Shown: positions 49,803 to 62,459, numbered from the stretch's first letter. The stretch is DNA of 64,000 nucleotides from Selaginella moellendorffii (GCF_000143415.4 NW_003314283.1:444752-508751), one strand, 5' to 3'. A program made the numbers and translations. The notes: generated from the sequence alone by a model not told the origin.

Positions 49803-52800
49803 TCAGGTCCCAACATATGCCACTTGCTCAACTTTGCAAATTGATATTTTTAATTGAATTTTGCATAAGTACATAGAGTTCTGCCTTGCAGAAATTCCTC
49901 CACTAGATCTCGCGCGTTCGTTAGGTTCTCCTCCGGTTCCCATGTTGCTTCGCAGTGTGGAAATCCTTTCCACTCCATGGAACTCTCTCACCTCGCGTCC
50001 TTGTCGCTTGCTCTTGCGCGCATTGAGGATGGCCTCGACTTCGTATTCCTCTTCCCCTTGGATAACCTCAGGTAAAGGTCTCACTTGGTCCTTGCGAAGC
50101 GGATCCTCAAAGTACAGCTTGAGTAAGTTCACGTGGAACACTAGGTGCATCTTCCCCATCTCTCGAGGAAGTCGGAGTTGGTAAGCCACTTTACCGATTC
50201 GTGCCTCAATCTCGTAAGGCCCCGCGAACCTGCTTAAGGAACTCAAGATCAATTCATTTACAGGAATACATGCATCTTTAGCTTTGGGTCAACTTTCGGC
50301 TGATCCCACTTGGTAGTCTGAGGTTCTTGGTGTTCAGCCACACCTTCTCCCCAGCTTGGAACTCTACATCCCGACGCTTCTGGTTCGCGTATTTGGTTTG
50401 CCTTTGTTGAGCCCGTTCCAAGGAATCCCTCATTAGATTCCAAATGCTGAGTCTTTCCGCCGTGAATGCCTCCACTGCGGGCAACTCTCCATGATACTCG
50501 GCCACGCCGAGTTCCATAGGACCTTCAATAGCTCGCCCATTGATGACTTCCCATGGACTCACCCCGATACTCGAATGTGGTGAGTTGTTATAACACATTT
50601 CCGCAAGTCCCAAATGACTTACCCAATCGGTCTGGTCTCCCGAGACATAGCATTGCAAATAATCCTCCAGCTGCCTATTCACCCTTACCGTTTGTCCGTC
50701 TGTCAAGAAGTGTTAGTGCCAACAACTTGACTTAATACCCCATACCTGTCTGTGGGTGATAGGCTATGCTGAATTTCAACTTGGTGCGATACTGTTCTAG
50801 GAGAGTCCTCCAGAACCTACTGGTGAAGATCTTATCTCGATCTGAGATGATCTCTTCCGGTCTTCCCCGTACTCGAACCACTTGTTCGAAGAACAGCTTC
50901 GCCACACCTTCCGCATCCACCTCCGTTGTGGTGGGTATGAAATGTGCCATTTTCGAAAATCGGTCCACCACCACGAATATCGCATCAAACCCCTCGCTTG
51001 GGGGGAGTCCCGTGATGAAGTCCATCATAAGACATTCCCACGGGCGATCTGGAATTGGGATGCTTTGCAACAAGCCCCCACTAGCCTTAGTCACGGCTTT
51101 TACCTGCTGACATGTTGGACATGTCTTTACATAATCTTGGACGTCCTTAGCCATATCTGGCCAATGGTACTTCCTTTTGAGTAAGCCCATCGTCTTGGGC
51201 ACTCCACCGTGTCCCGCAAGAGGTCCATCATGACACTCTTCTAAAGCCACCTTCCTTAGTTCCCCTTCTGGAACATACACCCTCGTTTGCTTGTAATAAA
51301 TGAGTCCGTTGCGTTCCGCATAGCCCGTTTTCTCTTCCGTTGGCAGCTCACCTCTCTGGTGAGCTTCCCGTGCCTCTAGATTCCTCAGCAACACTTCCTG
51401 TGCTAGACCATCGTTCTCATATGCTGTCCGCACATCGTCCCAGAAGGTTGCTGTTGCGCTGGATATTGCCAACCTCAAGCTCGCTTTTCGACTTAGCGCA
51501 TCCGCCACGATGTTGCTCTTCCCAGTCTTGTACAGAATTTCGCAATCAAACTCGGCCAAGGCATTGGCCCACCAACCTTGTTTCCCTCTTAGGTCGGGCT
51601 GTGACAAGAAGTGTTTCGTTGCCACATTGTCCGTGTAAACCTTGAAGTGTCTCCCAAGGTAGTGTCGCCACTCCTTGAGCGCCTTGACCACCGCAAACAA
51701 TTCCTTCTCGTGGGCAGGCCACTTCCGTTGAGCCTTGTCCAGCTTCTTCGAGAAGAACGCTACCAGATGATTGTCTTGCTTCAAAACTGCGCCCAACGCA
51801 AAGTCCGAAGCATCCGTTTCTACCTCAAAGTCCTTACCAAAGTCTGGTAATGCCAATACGGGAGCCTTCCTCAACTTCCCTTTGAGTTGGACGAATGCCG
51901 CCTCGCATTCCGCTGTCCACACCATCTTCCCTTTTCCTGTTTGGTCCGTTAAGGGCAGGGCTACTCTCAAATAGTGTCTGATAAACTTTCGATAGTAGTT
52001 GCATAGCCCCAGGAATGCCCTCAACTCGTGTACATTGGATGGTTGCTCCCATTCCTGGATCGCTTGGACCTTCTCCGGGTCCACCTTGAGCCCGTCCTGG
52101 TCCACCACATGCCCGAGAAACTTTACCTCTTGTTGAGCAAAGTCACATTTGCTCTCTTTAGCATACAGCTTGTGTTCCCTTAGTTTCTCAAACACCTTCT
52201 CCAAGTGTTCGGCATGCTCCTCTAGCGTCTCGCTATAGATCAGGATGTCGTCGATATAGACGACCACGAAGTGATCCAGATAGGGTACAAAGATGTGGTT
52301 CATTAGCGCCGAAAACGTTGCCGGCGCATTACATAGCCCGAAGGGCATCACCAGAAACTCAAAGCTCCCATACCTCGTTCGACAGGTTGTCTTCTCGACA
52401 TCTTCCTCGGCTACCCTGATCTGGTAGTATCCTGACCTTAGGTCAATCCTCGAGAAGTATTTTGCCTTTCCCAACCTATCGAACAGGTCCTCAATTCTTG
52501 GCAAAGGGTACTTGTTCTTCTTTGTATACTTGTTGAGCAACCGGTAGTCTATGCACATGCGCATAGATCCATCTTTCTTTTTCACAAATAACACCGGTGC
52601 CCCATACGGCGACTTGCTCAACCTAACATACCCTTTGTCCACCAACTCCTCTAGTTGGCACTTGAGCTCCTTGAGTTCTTTTTCGTTCAAACGATAAGGG
52701 GGACGAACCACTACCTCAGCACCCTCGACCAGCTCAATCTTATGTTCTATCGATCGTGCTAGGGGTAGCCTCGCCGGTAGCTCCTCCGGCATAGTATCCT

Positions 52801-54535
52801 GGAATTGGTCCAACACCCGCTGGATCACTAAAGGTACTTCTTCCATTCCTGTCTTTTTGTCACTCTTCACCGAGAGTAAGCACAAAAAGGCCGCCTTAGT
52901 TCCTTTAGTGAGTTGTCCTCTCGTGAACACCAGGTTTAAGCAGGAATCTTTGGCCTTGCTTTGCCCTACCTTTAGATCTTGGGCCTCCACCCTAGATCTT
53001 CCTTGGGCATTCGCCAGTACCACAAGGTTTCTACCTTGTCCATGCAAGGCTACCACGAATCGATTGAACCAGTCCATTCCGAAGATCACGTCAAATCCCG
53101 CCATGTCCAACACGGTGAAATCCATGTCCACCTTCCAAGTCCCCACTTCGACTCTCGCTTGTCGAAGTACCTCATCGGTGCTTTGGCTACCTTGAACAAA
53201 CTCTATAGTCCTTGGTTCGCCTAGCTGCTGCACCGTTAGTCCGGCTTGCCGGACTATGTCTGCAGCCACAAAATTATCCGAAGCACCCGTGTCAATAAGG
53301 ATTTTAACAAAGCTACCTCCGAGCTTCCCTCGGAGGGCTAGTAGATGTCGCGAACGACTCTCTACCAAAGTTGCTCGTGTAATGAGTAACTTTGAGTTAG
53401 GGACTGGATCACATACCTTCGTTTGGACTTCACCCGACTTGATGGCCATATTGGCTCTGGCCTTCTTCGGGTAGGGACATTCCCTCGAGAAGTGTCCCGC
53501 TTCACCGCAGTTGTAGCATACGTTGTTTCCCACACTGCTATACGACTTGACCTTCTTATCCGTGGGTTTGTCTCTTTTCGCTTGACTCCCCCACGTACTC
53601 GCTCGCTGGCCACCGGATTTGCCTTTCCGGAACCCCGAGGACTCATTCTTAGAGAAACTCCTCTTGAATTTCCCTCTGCTAAACGTTCCCCTTGGTTTGG
53701 CCCCTTTGCTAAACGTGGATCTCGACCCCGTCGTGTTCCCCTTTCGCAGGTTATCGTTGAAATGCACCTTGATGGCCGCATCCAACGCTTCCTTGTAGGT
53801 TGTCGGGTTCCACCGCATTACTTCGCCGCGAGCCCAGGTTTGCAAACCTGATATGAAGGCATGGAACGCATCCATATCCCCCATGTCCGTGACAAGTATC
53901 CTCTTTGCCATAAACCCATTCACATACTCCTGAATGGTTCCGGTCTGCTTCAGCCTACTCAGCTCGTCCCTTAGGTGCAGAGTAGCATTCGGAGGAACGT
54001 AAGTTGCGCGGATCCTCGCCTTCATCATTTCCCAAGTGGCCACCGGTCCTTCGTTGGCCTCCGTTGTTCTCCACCAAGACTTGGCATTATCTGCCAAGTA
54101 TGGTTTTGCACATGGGACCTTCTCCAAGCTCGGTAATCGCAACGCTCGGAAGTAGTCCTCCATATCGTAAAACCAATCCTCCACCACTTTATAGTCGTTC
54201 ACTCCCTTGAAGACCGGTGGGGGCTTCGGTTTGTACTTGGGAACTGCCTGAGGGACTGATTCCACTTCGGACTGTTCGACCTTGTCTGGTTTTGCCTCAG
54301 TCCCTACCGAAGGGTCCGCACCTTCTGCGCTACCAGCATCCGCAGTCTTTCGCTTTTTCTTTCGCTTCTCATCACGCTTTAGCTTGCGTATGAGAGTCTC
54401 TAGCAGGGCATTGGTCTGTGCCAATTGTCCTTCTAGAACGTCCAATCGAGCCTTGGACGACTGAACCTCACCACCGGACTCCTGTTTGGAAGTCGCCTCA
54501 CTGGAGTCCTCCTCATGCAACGATTCCTCATCCAT
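49803..54535 (-). CDS. Single gag-pol polyprotein (gag, CCHC knuckle, PR, RT, RNase H, INT, chromodomain) interrupted by intron-like inserts at 50700-50745 and 50230-50281 and a chromodomain frameshift near 49980
   Basis: [36 protein letters not shown] + MDFI + SDRD, GPY, YEVEAIL...[17 protein letters not shown]. Confidence 0.92.
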
Positions 54536-57500
54536 AGCCTCCTGTTCGACCGGAGGCTCCAGCTCTGGAGGAGGTTCCGTCTCTGCCTGGGTTCGCTTAC
54601 GTCCTGCCCTTGCTATCTCCCAGCAATCCGCCTCTATCCTTCGCTAGAACTGAGGAAGAGGCTCCGATACCAAATTGTAAGCCACAAATTTTTCCTTTCC
54701 AATTTGCCAGCTTACCTCGACTATCCGACCAACTCTGCCTTGGCTTGTGCTAAGTTCCCTCGCCAAGGTTCTCGCCTATGGTACCAGCTCCTACTTGGTC
54801 CTACTTGGTTTCAGCTACTCATTGCATGAGCAACGGAGTGTTAGCCATCCATCTACGGATTCCCAAATCTCTCCCAATCCCCCTCCCCGGGTTAGACTGG
54901 ACTTAAGGTTCGGCTACACTCCCCGCAGGCACAAGCAGCCAAGCACACCAAGCCTCCAGATTCCTAACACCCCAAGGTACCACAAGACTTGATCATGGGA
55001 CCCTCTAAATCCCAAGCCTTGGGTGCAGCACTTGCTTCGGGACGTTGGGGCGAAACACCGTGGCCTAACGGCCCAGTATGGGTCTTCCATCCCGAAGGGA
55101 AGGCCCAAGCCCCTAGGAAGGGCGACGACCAATGAGCCACAAGGTACTCAAGTGGGGCACCACTCCACCTGAGCCGGGAGCACCGCAGTCGGTTTCCCTT
55201 TCGGGAGTGGGAGCTGCTCTTGAGCACTTCCCTGGGTGGCCCCTCCGGCACCACTCAAGCCCATGCTCACTCCCACCCAAGGCCCCTCGGCCCCAGTCTC
55301 AACCTCAAGTTAGTTTGGAAGCACCACTGGAGAGTTCCTTCAAGACTGGTTCCTGGACCTCACTATCCCTACTATACTTTTGGAACCCCCTGGGAGACGC
55401 ACGCTTTAGGCTTTCACCCCTTGACCCGTATTAGTATTTGGACTTAGTCTCTGGCTCGATCTCGGACCCGATTTCAGATCCGACTTCGGATTCGGTCTCG
55501 GACTCGATCTCAGACTCGATCTCGGACCCGATCTCGGACCCAACCTCGGACTCGACCTCGGACTCGGTCTCGGACCCGATTTCGGATCTCGGACTCCGTC
55601 TCGAACTCGGTCTCGAACTCGGACTCGAACTCGGTCCCCGAGTCGGTCTCAGACTCGATTCCGGACTCTATCTCGAACTCGGTCCTAGAGTTGGTCTTGG
55701 ACTCGATCCTCAACTTGGTCCCATCCAATAAACTCTTTGTCATTTCGGTCAAGCTTTTGGGGATCCTTTAGCCTACGACATCTCGGGGAGTCGGTTCCTT
55801 ACAATAGGCTAAAGAATCCCCGAAAGCACGACCGAAATGATAAAGAGTTCATCGGATGGGACCGAGTCCGAGATCAAGTCCAAGACCAACTCTGATACCA
55901 AGTTCGAGATAGAGTCCAGGATCGAGTCCGAGGCCGACTCCAAGACCGAGTTTGAGATTGATTTCGAGACTGAGTCCAAGATCTGAGATCAGGTCCGAGA
56001 CCGAGTCTGAGGTCGAGTCTGAAATCGAGTCTGAGATCAGGTCCGAGGTCAAGTCCGAGATCGAGTCCGAGACTGAGTCTAAAGTCAAGTCCGAGATCAA
56101 GTCCGAGACCGAGTCCGAGTACTAATACAGGGGGTGAAAGCCCAAAGTGTGTGTCTCCCAGAGGAGGGGGGCTGTAGGGGGTTCCAAAAGTATAATATGG
56201 ATAGTGAGGTCCAGGAACCAGTTTTGAAGGAACTCTCTAGTGGTGCTTGTAAATTGACTTGAGGTTGAGACTGGGACCGAGGGGCCTTGGGTGAGAGTGA
56301 GCATGGACTCGAGTGGTGCTGGAAGGGCCACCCAAGAAGGTGCAGCTCCCACTCCCGAAAGGGAAACCAACTACGGTGCTCCTGGCTCATATGGAGTGGT
56401 GCCCCACTTGAGTACCTTGTGGCTCATTGGTTCTCACCCTTCTTAAGGGCTTGGGCCTTCCTTTCATGATGGAAATGGGTGGTACAGGTACCCATATCGG
56501 GCCGTTAGGCCACAGTGTTTTGCCTCGGTGTCCCAAAGCAAGTGTTGTACGGTCCTATTATCAAGTCTTGTTGTACCAAGGGATGTTAAGAACTTAGAGG
56601 CTTGGTGTGCTTGGCTACTTGTGCCTACAGGGAATGTAACTGAACCTTAAGTCCAGTCTAACTTGGGGAGAAGGATTGGAAGAGTTTTGGGAATCCGTGG
56701 ATAGATGGCTAACGCTCCGTTGCTCGTGCAGTAAGTAGTTGAAACCAAGTAAGACCAAGTAGGAGCTGGTACAATAAGCAGGAACCTTAGCAAGAGAATT
56801 TAACAAAAGCCAAAGCAATGTTGGTCGGACAGACAAGGTAAGTTGGCAAATTGGAAAGGAAAAATTTGTGGCTTACAATTAATAGCTTAACATGAGTATG
56901 GTATAAAGCTTGGGTTTAAACTCAAGCCAAACACAAAACAAGGATAAGCATATAAGTAAGGAGTTAAACTAGGCCTCAAGTTGGTTAACCACCCCTATAA
57001 CCCTCTATATGGAGAAATACGTGCTTTGGGCTTTACCCTAGTCTTAGGTTTGTCTTTGGCACAATTACAAAAACTTACTAAATATAGAATGATGCTAGAT
57101 TGTGAATTTTAATGTGGAAATAACACCATCATGTTCAAAACAGTCTCCACATTTCATAGATATGCATAATTAACATATCTAAACACTTTTAATAGTCATT
57201 AGGATTAAATGGGACTAACATATGAAGAATGATAGCAAAAATGTCTTGGCAAGCATGGTAAGTTATCATATAATGAATATTAAAGGACTAAGCTTAATAT
57301 TGCAAGAATTCCCAACATTAGCAAGTGCAAGCCACTGACATAAATTTTTCATCACTATATTATATATGCTTGACTTAATGACAACTTAAGATTTCCTTCT
57401 TTAGTGCCCTTCTAGTTTAAGTGCACATGTGATGACTAGTTTCTCAGCTAACTTGGGTAGAGATTAATAAAGGGTCTAATGATATCAACTTTTTGCTCTC

Positions 57501-57905
57501 ATGGTAAAATATCTAAAAAGACTCACTGATAAATAACTTTCAATACCCACAATCATATTTGTGATATTCGGTGGCAGAGATAAATGTTTTACTAACCAAG
57601 AGTGGCTATGTGCTTATATCTAGGATATCCCTACAGAGGTGAGAGCTTACTTTGAGGCTATGGTGATAACAATGATAACCCTAGAGTTGCCCATGCTCTA
57701 TTGCTTTGCAACAAGACAAAATTCTTTGGTGTTGGGTAGCAAGTTACTATTCCAATCTTTCATCATAAGTATGGCTAAACATCACAAACAATAAATGTAG
57801 AGCCACACCTTCCTAAAGGCAGCAACTTACTCCTTGAGTTTAGAAGTTGAGGAAAACTAATATGACACAAAGTAGTTTGCGCACAAGCTGAGGCATGCAA
57901 TAGAG

Positions 57906-58495
57906 TGTAAGCTCATGAATTTGGACTTCCCGAGAGGTCACCTAGCCCAGTATTATTTAAACCCAAGAACACTAACCTCAAGTATTCCAAAAACTTTAAC
58001 TAATTGGAAAAGGGGGTGCATTCTTATTCATGGGCCCTTTCCTTTTATATTTGAACCCCATGGACTATGTCTCGAGTCGTTCTCTTTAGTTGTTGACAAT
58101 CCACCATGCTTTCTTGCAAGTTCACGCCCTCGTGAATGGAAGTTGAGAGCCACAGCTTTCTCGAGAGCTCCACTCTCTTGACACCCTATCTCTTAGGTTA
58201 AGCCTAGCTAGAGCAAATTAGACTTGCGGATGTCAATTAACATGTGGTGCGATTCCTCTAGCCAACTAACAGAGTCAAACCTGAGACCTCTTTGATATTA
58301 AATATAAACTTCTGAATTTAAACTTCCTAGGAAGCCACCCAGCCCAGTACTATTCAAACCCAAGGATGTTAACCTTAAGTATCCCAAGACCTTTAACCGA
58401 TTAGAAGAAGGGTTGCATTCTTATTCATAGACCCTTTTCCTTTATATTTAAACTCCATAGACCATTTTTCGAGTCGTTTTCTTTGGTTGCTTACA
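57906..58495 (-). mobile_element. TRIM (terminal-repeat retrotransposon in miniature): 193-bp LTRs at 57906-58098 and 58303-58495
   Basis: Equal-length direct repeats with TG/TA..CA ends, a ~200-bp non-coding interior, a degenerate iMet PBS at ~58289-58300, and flanks TAGAG/TGGAG. Confidence 0.78.
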
Positions 58496-59249
58496 TGGAG
58501 TAGTCACTTCTCTTTGGTGAGCATTGAGTTTTACACAGCAAGTATTGGAGTAATTTAGGCATAATATAACAGAGTCTAGATGAGAACAGTTTTGCTAGTG
58601 GTTTCTAGGAAAACACTTTATAAGTTGTGAACTTTATGTGATAACAATTTTGATAAACATGATGATAAATTAATAATATATTTAGGATATAATATATCAT
58701 GGCCTATCTAAGGCCTCAAGTAACATTTGACATACCTCTCTTTGTTGCACAAGCAATCTTAGGAATATAATGGTAAGTTTTAAATACACATATGTAGGAA
58801 GGGTGCTATGGGATATGTGTCTAACCTCTAACATGAGTGCAAGGTGCATGACCTTCTAGTCAAACTCAATGTCTTCTATATTGTTTTCATATGTGCAATT
58901 ATGGATGCATACTAGCTCTAAAAAAAGAAAACCTCCTATTGTATTGACAATAGAAAAACTTGCATATATACCTCATCAAGAAGGACTAAAGTTGAGTTTT
59001 GGTACACTTAGTTAATATTTAGTGCAACAATATCTTTTGACTATATAAGGAGACAAGATCCCTTCGTAAGTGACTAAATTTTCTACTTTACTTTAGTCAC
59101 TTAACCACATCTTTAACCATTTGGAAGAGTCTTACTCTCGACCTCCATCAGTTCTATTCTTGACTTAGGAATATACTATCCTCTTGAATGGCATCTATGC
59201 CATTCAACCATTACACTTGGTCCAAGTGCTCTATATGTTCAATCCCATA

Positions 59250-59869
59250 NNNNNNNNNNNNNNNNNNNNNNNNNNNNNNNNNNNNNNNNNNNNNNNNNNN
59301 NNNNNNNNNNNNNNNNNNNNNNNNNNNNNNNNNNNNNNNNNNNNNNNNNNNNNNNNNNNNNNNNNNNNNNNNNNNNNNNNNNNNNNNNNNNNNNNNNNNN
59401 NNNNNNNNNNNNNNNNNNNNNNNNNNNNNNNNNNNNNNNNNNNNNNNNNNNNNNNNNNNNNNNNNNNNNNNNNNNNNNNNNNNNNNNNNNNNNNNNNNNN
59501 NNNNNNNNNNNNNNNNNNNNNNNNNNNNNNNNNNNNNNNNNNNNNNNNNNNNNNNNNNNNNNNNNNNNNNNNNNNNNNNNNNNNNNNNNNNNNNNNNNNN
59601 NNNNNNNNNNNNNNNNNNNNNNNNNNNNNNNNNNNNNNNNNNNNNNNNNNNNNNNNNNNNNNNNNNNNNNNNNNNNNNNNNNNNNNNNNNNNNNNNNNNN
59701 NNNNNNNNNNNNNNNNNNNNNNNNNNNNNNNNNNNNNNNNNNNNNNNNNNNNNNNNNNNNNNNNNNNNNNNNNNNNNNNNNNNNNNNNNNNNNNNNNNNN
59801 NNNNNNNNNNNNNNNNNNNNNNNNNNNNNNNNNNNNNNNNNNNNNNNNNNNNNNNNNNNNNNNNNNNNN
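59250..59869. other. Assembly gap (N run)
   Basis: Run of N. Confidence 1.
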
Positions 59870-59879
59870 ATATGTGAGT

Positions 59880-60642
59880 CTTGTAGGTACTTTCCCTAGC
59901 TTCTGCCCTTGGCTGCTTTAGCCATATAGCTAGAGCGAGGTTTCAATGAGCCAAAAGGTATCCAAATAGACAGTGCCACCCACACTTGGATTGGGAGCAT
60001 TGACTATTCGATCTCCTGAGGGAATTAAAGCCAACTCTTAAACACTTCACCAAACTACTTTATTTATTGTTCATATTCACTTTAGCTTTAAATTCATCTA
60101 TGGTTATATTATCACCCACCATGAATATAACCTTTCTGGATCACACTAGCATTTCTTAGCCAAATTATTTTCATTAGAGTCCAACCCCCACACTCTCCCT
60201 ACTATACTTTTGGAACCCCGGACAATCTCTTTGGGCTTTCACTTCTAAACTTGTATAAATATTCAGACTTGGTCTCAGTCTTGTTCTCGTTCCCAATGTT
60301 GGGCTCATTCTCGATCTCAACCTTGGTCTTAGCCTCGGTCTCGAACTTAGTCATGGACTCAGTCTCAAACTCCTTCTCAGACTCAGACTCAATTATAACA
60401 TTTCCATGTGTCATAACATTTGCTATATGTTAATCTTTCTTGTGTCCCTTTCTAAAGACTTATTTATCAATCACTTTGTACTCATTCCTCAAGTGCTTCT
60501 TTTAGAATTTCACGTTTACTCTCAATTTTTCAAGTCGAAGCTTTTAGTCTAAATGTGTTGAACTCATTAGACTTCCACTTCAACCATTGCCATGTGGCAC
60601 ACTTTCGGCTTCACTTTAGGGCTTAAAGATTTGTGTCTTACA
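59880..60642. mobile_element. LTR-like repeat with hexamer array (family of 45304-46551)
   Basis: Colinear with the reverse complement of 45304-46200; ends ...TGTGTCTTACA. Confidence 0.6.
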
Positions 60643-60643
60643 C

Positions 60644-60743
60644 NNNNNNNNNNNNNNNNNNNNNNNNNNNNNNNNNNNNNNNNNNNNNNNNNNNNNNNNN
60701 NNNNNNNNNNNNNNNNNNNNNNNNNNNNNNNNNNNNNNNNNNN
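60644..60743. other. Assembly gap (N run)
   Basis: Run of N. Confidence 1.
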
Positions 60744-61549
60744 ACACTCATCTATGCAAAATTTCTTTATTCATTGTAAAACCAGTCACTTGCAAAGTAT
60801 TTTTCATTACTCTTACCAAGGGGAGTGCCTTAAATATGTAATGATAACCCTATGGCATTGAAAAGGCACTAAAAATCTAACTCACATACTAAAAATTGTA
60901 AACCTTGCTATTAACATGTTAAAAAAATCTAACTATGGGGATATAGTGCAAAAAATCATACACATGGCACTAATTTGGAATTTACCATACATATGTGGTA
61001 AGCACCAATACATGCCATGCATAAAAAAAGAAATGCTCAAAATATTATTTTGTAAGTCACACATGTATGTTATACACATATGCTTTTTTAATATATGTTT
61101 TGAAAGCGTGCTAAATTTTTGTCTAGGCCACAGTATGCCTAGGCATACCTCCCAAATGGCAAATGGCAAGCAGTTTATGATTGCAATGGGAGGGAAAAAT
61201 AATAGTGTGAGCATGTTTTAGGGTATTATTAAACTACTTAGTTTGATTTATACTTGGCAGTCATAAGTCATCTATTATTTTATTCTTTACATTAAAAATA
61301 TATTAAATACTTAGTAATAGTAGGTTGCTGTTGCTAAGAAATAAAAAAACAGTATTTATATAAATTATTATATATTTTATTTTATATAAATATATATAGA
61401 ACAGAGATAGGAAGTTACCAAGCACAAATATAATATAGTATTGTTTATATATTATATTTTGTACAAGGTGGTGTTGGAACTTCCTATGGTACTTTGAAAT
61501 AAGCTCAATTCACATATAAATTTTGATTATATAGATTTTCTAAAAATCT

Positions 61550-62168
61550 ATGGCTTTGGTTGTGCAAATCAATTTTACAGTGCAACTGATCCTCTTGCTA
61601 ATCACATGTACTTATACATATGGGTTGGAAAATGCAAAATCTAATAATAACACCCTTAATAATGCTATAAATCCTTTTGTGAGCACGAATAAGACCATAT
61701 TATGGATGAATGTAAGTGACATTTCTAAAAGCATAGATGAAATACCAGATGTAAGTCATGTTTTACTTCTATTACTTTCATTTATAAAACTTTTGTGACA
61801 TGTTCCAGTTTATATGTGGGAGATTTCAAGCAACTTGTACTAATATCCGTTTATATATTTATAAAGCTTTAAAAATTGTGATGGTTGGAGCAAAATGTGA
61901 TTCTGGGGATGGTGGATATGGGAATGTAATGGTGGATACTAATAATGGTATAAGTAACGAATTTGGAAGGCTAAATAGAGGAAGTGATTACACTGACTCT
62001 TGCGATATAGATTCTATTGAGCTACATGGTTCAATCCTTGCAGCAAGTTGTAAGAATAAAGATGGTTATTTACATACTTCTTTTCTGCAGTTAAACTACC
62101 TTTTGAGGAATGTATTTGGCTCCTTGTTCTTTTGCCCTCTACCATCTCTTAGAACTGAACTGATTTAA
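61550..62168 (+). CDS. Secreted CVNH lectin, copy 6; exons 61550-61750 and 61809-62168
   Basis: Signal peptide, Asn-rich linker, 58-nt GT-AG intron, then FICGRFQATC...AKC...VDTNNGISNEFGRL..GSDYTDSC...ASC...LQLNYLLRNVFGSLFFCP. Confidence 0.9.
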
Positions 62169-62459
62169 AAAATAATATATTAAAAAATTAAGGTAAAATT
62201 ATTGTTGGTTTGCACTTTGTAATGATTCTATTATTATTAAGTTTTAATATTAATGAAGGCTGTTATAAAGAAAAAAGATTTCGGTGTTGCTGGAACAAAA
62301 AAATTAAATTTTAACTATCTTTTTCTTTTTCATTGGCAGATAAAATTGTATGGGATATACTAAGAATATGTATTGAAAAATACACGTGGCAGCGACTCTG
62401 GGAAAACCTCTTGGCTCAAATTTTTTTAGGGTTCTCTCTCCTTTTCCGGTTGTAATGCC

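Larger units (their letters stand above)
48653..55803 (-). mobile_element. Ty3/gypsy chromovirus (possibly Tcn1-like); 5' LTR 54676-55803, 3' LTR 48653-49446; TSD ATAGG
   Basis: TG..CA LTRs, tRNA-iMet-type PBS TGGTATCGGAGC (54661-54672), purine-rich tract next to the 3' LTR, ATAGG at 48648-48652 and 55804-55808. Confidence 0.96.
48621..56877 (+). mobile_element. Older solo LTR of the chromovirus family (48621-48652 + 55804-56877), split by the nested full element
   Basis: Joining the two parts gives the reverse complement of the 54676-55803 LTR (TGTAAGGAAC...GTGGCTTACA). Flanks ACTAG/ATTAA differ only by C->T and G->A. Confidence 0.85.

Noticed and set aside
59184-59921. Long ORFs spanning N runs (also 5114-5427, 39133-39360, 60592-60861)
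   Set aside because: Artefacts of translating assembly gaps.
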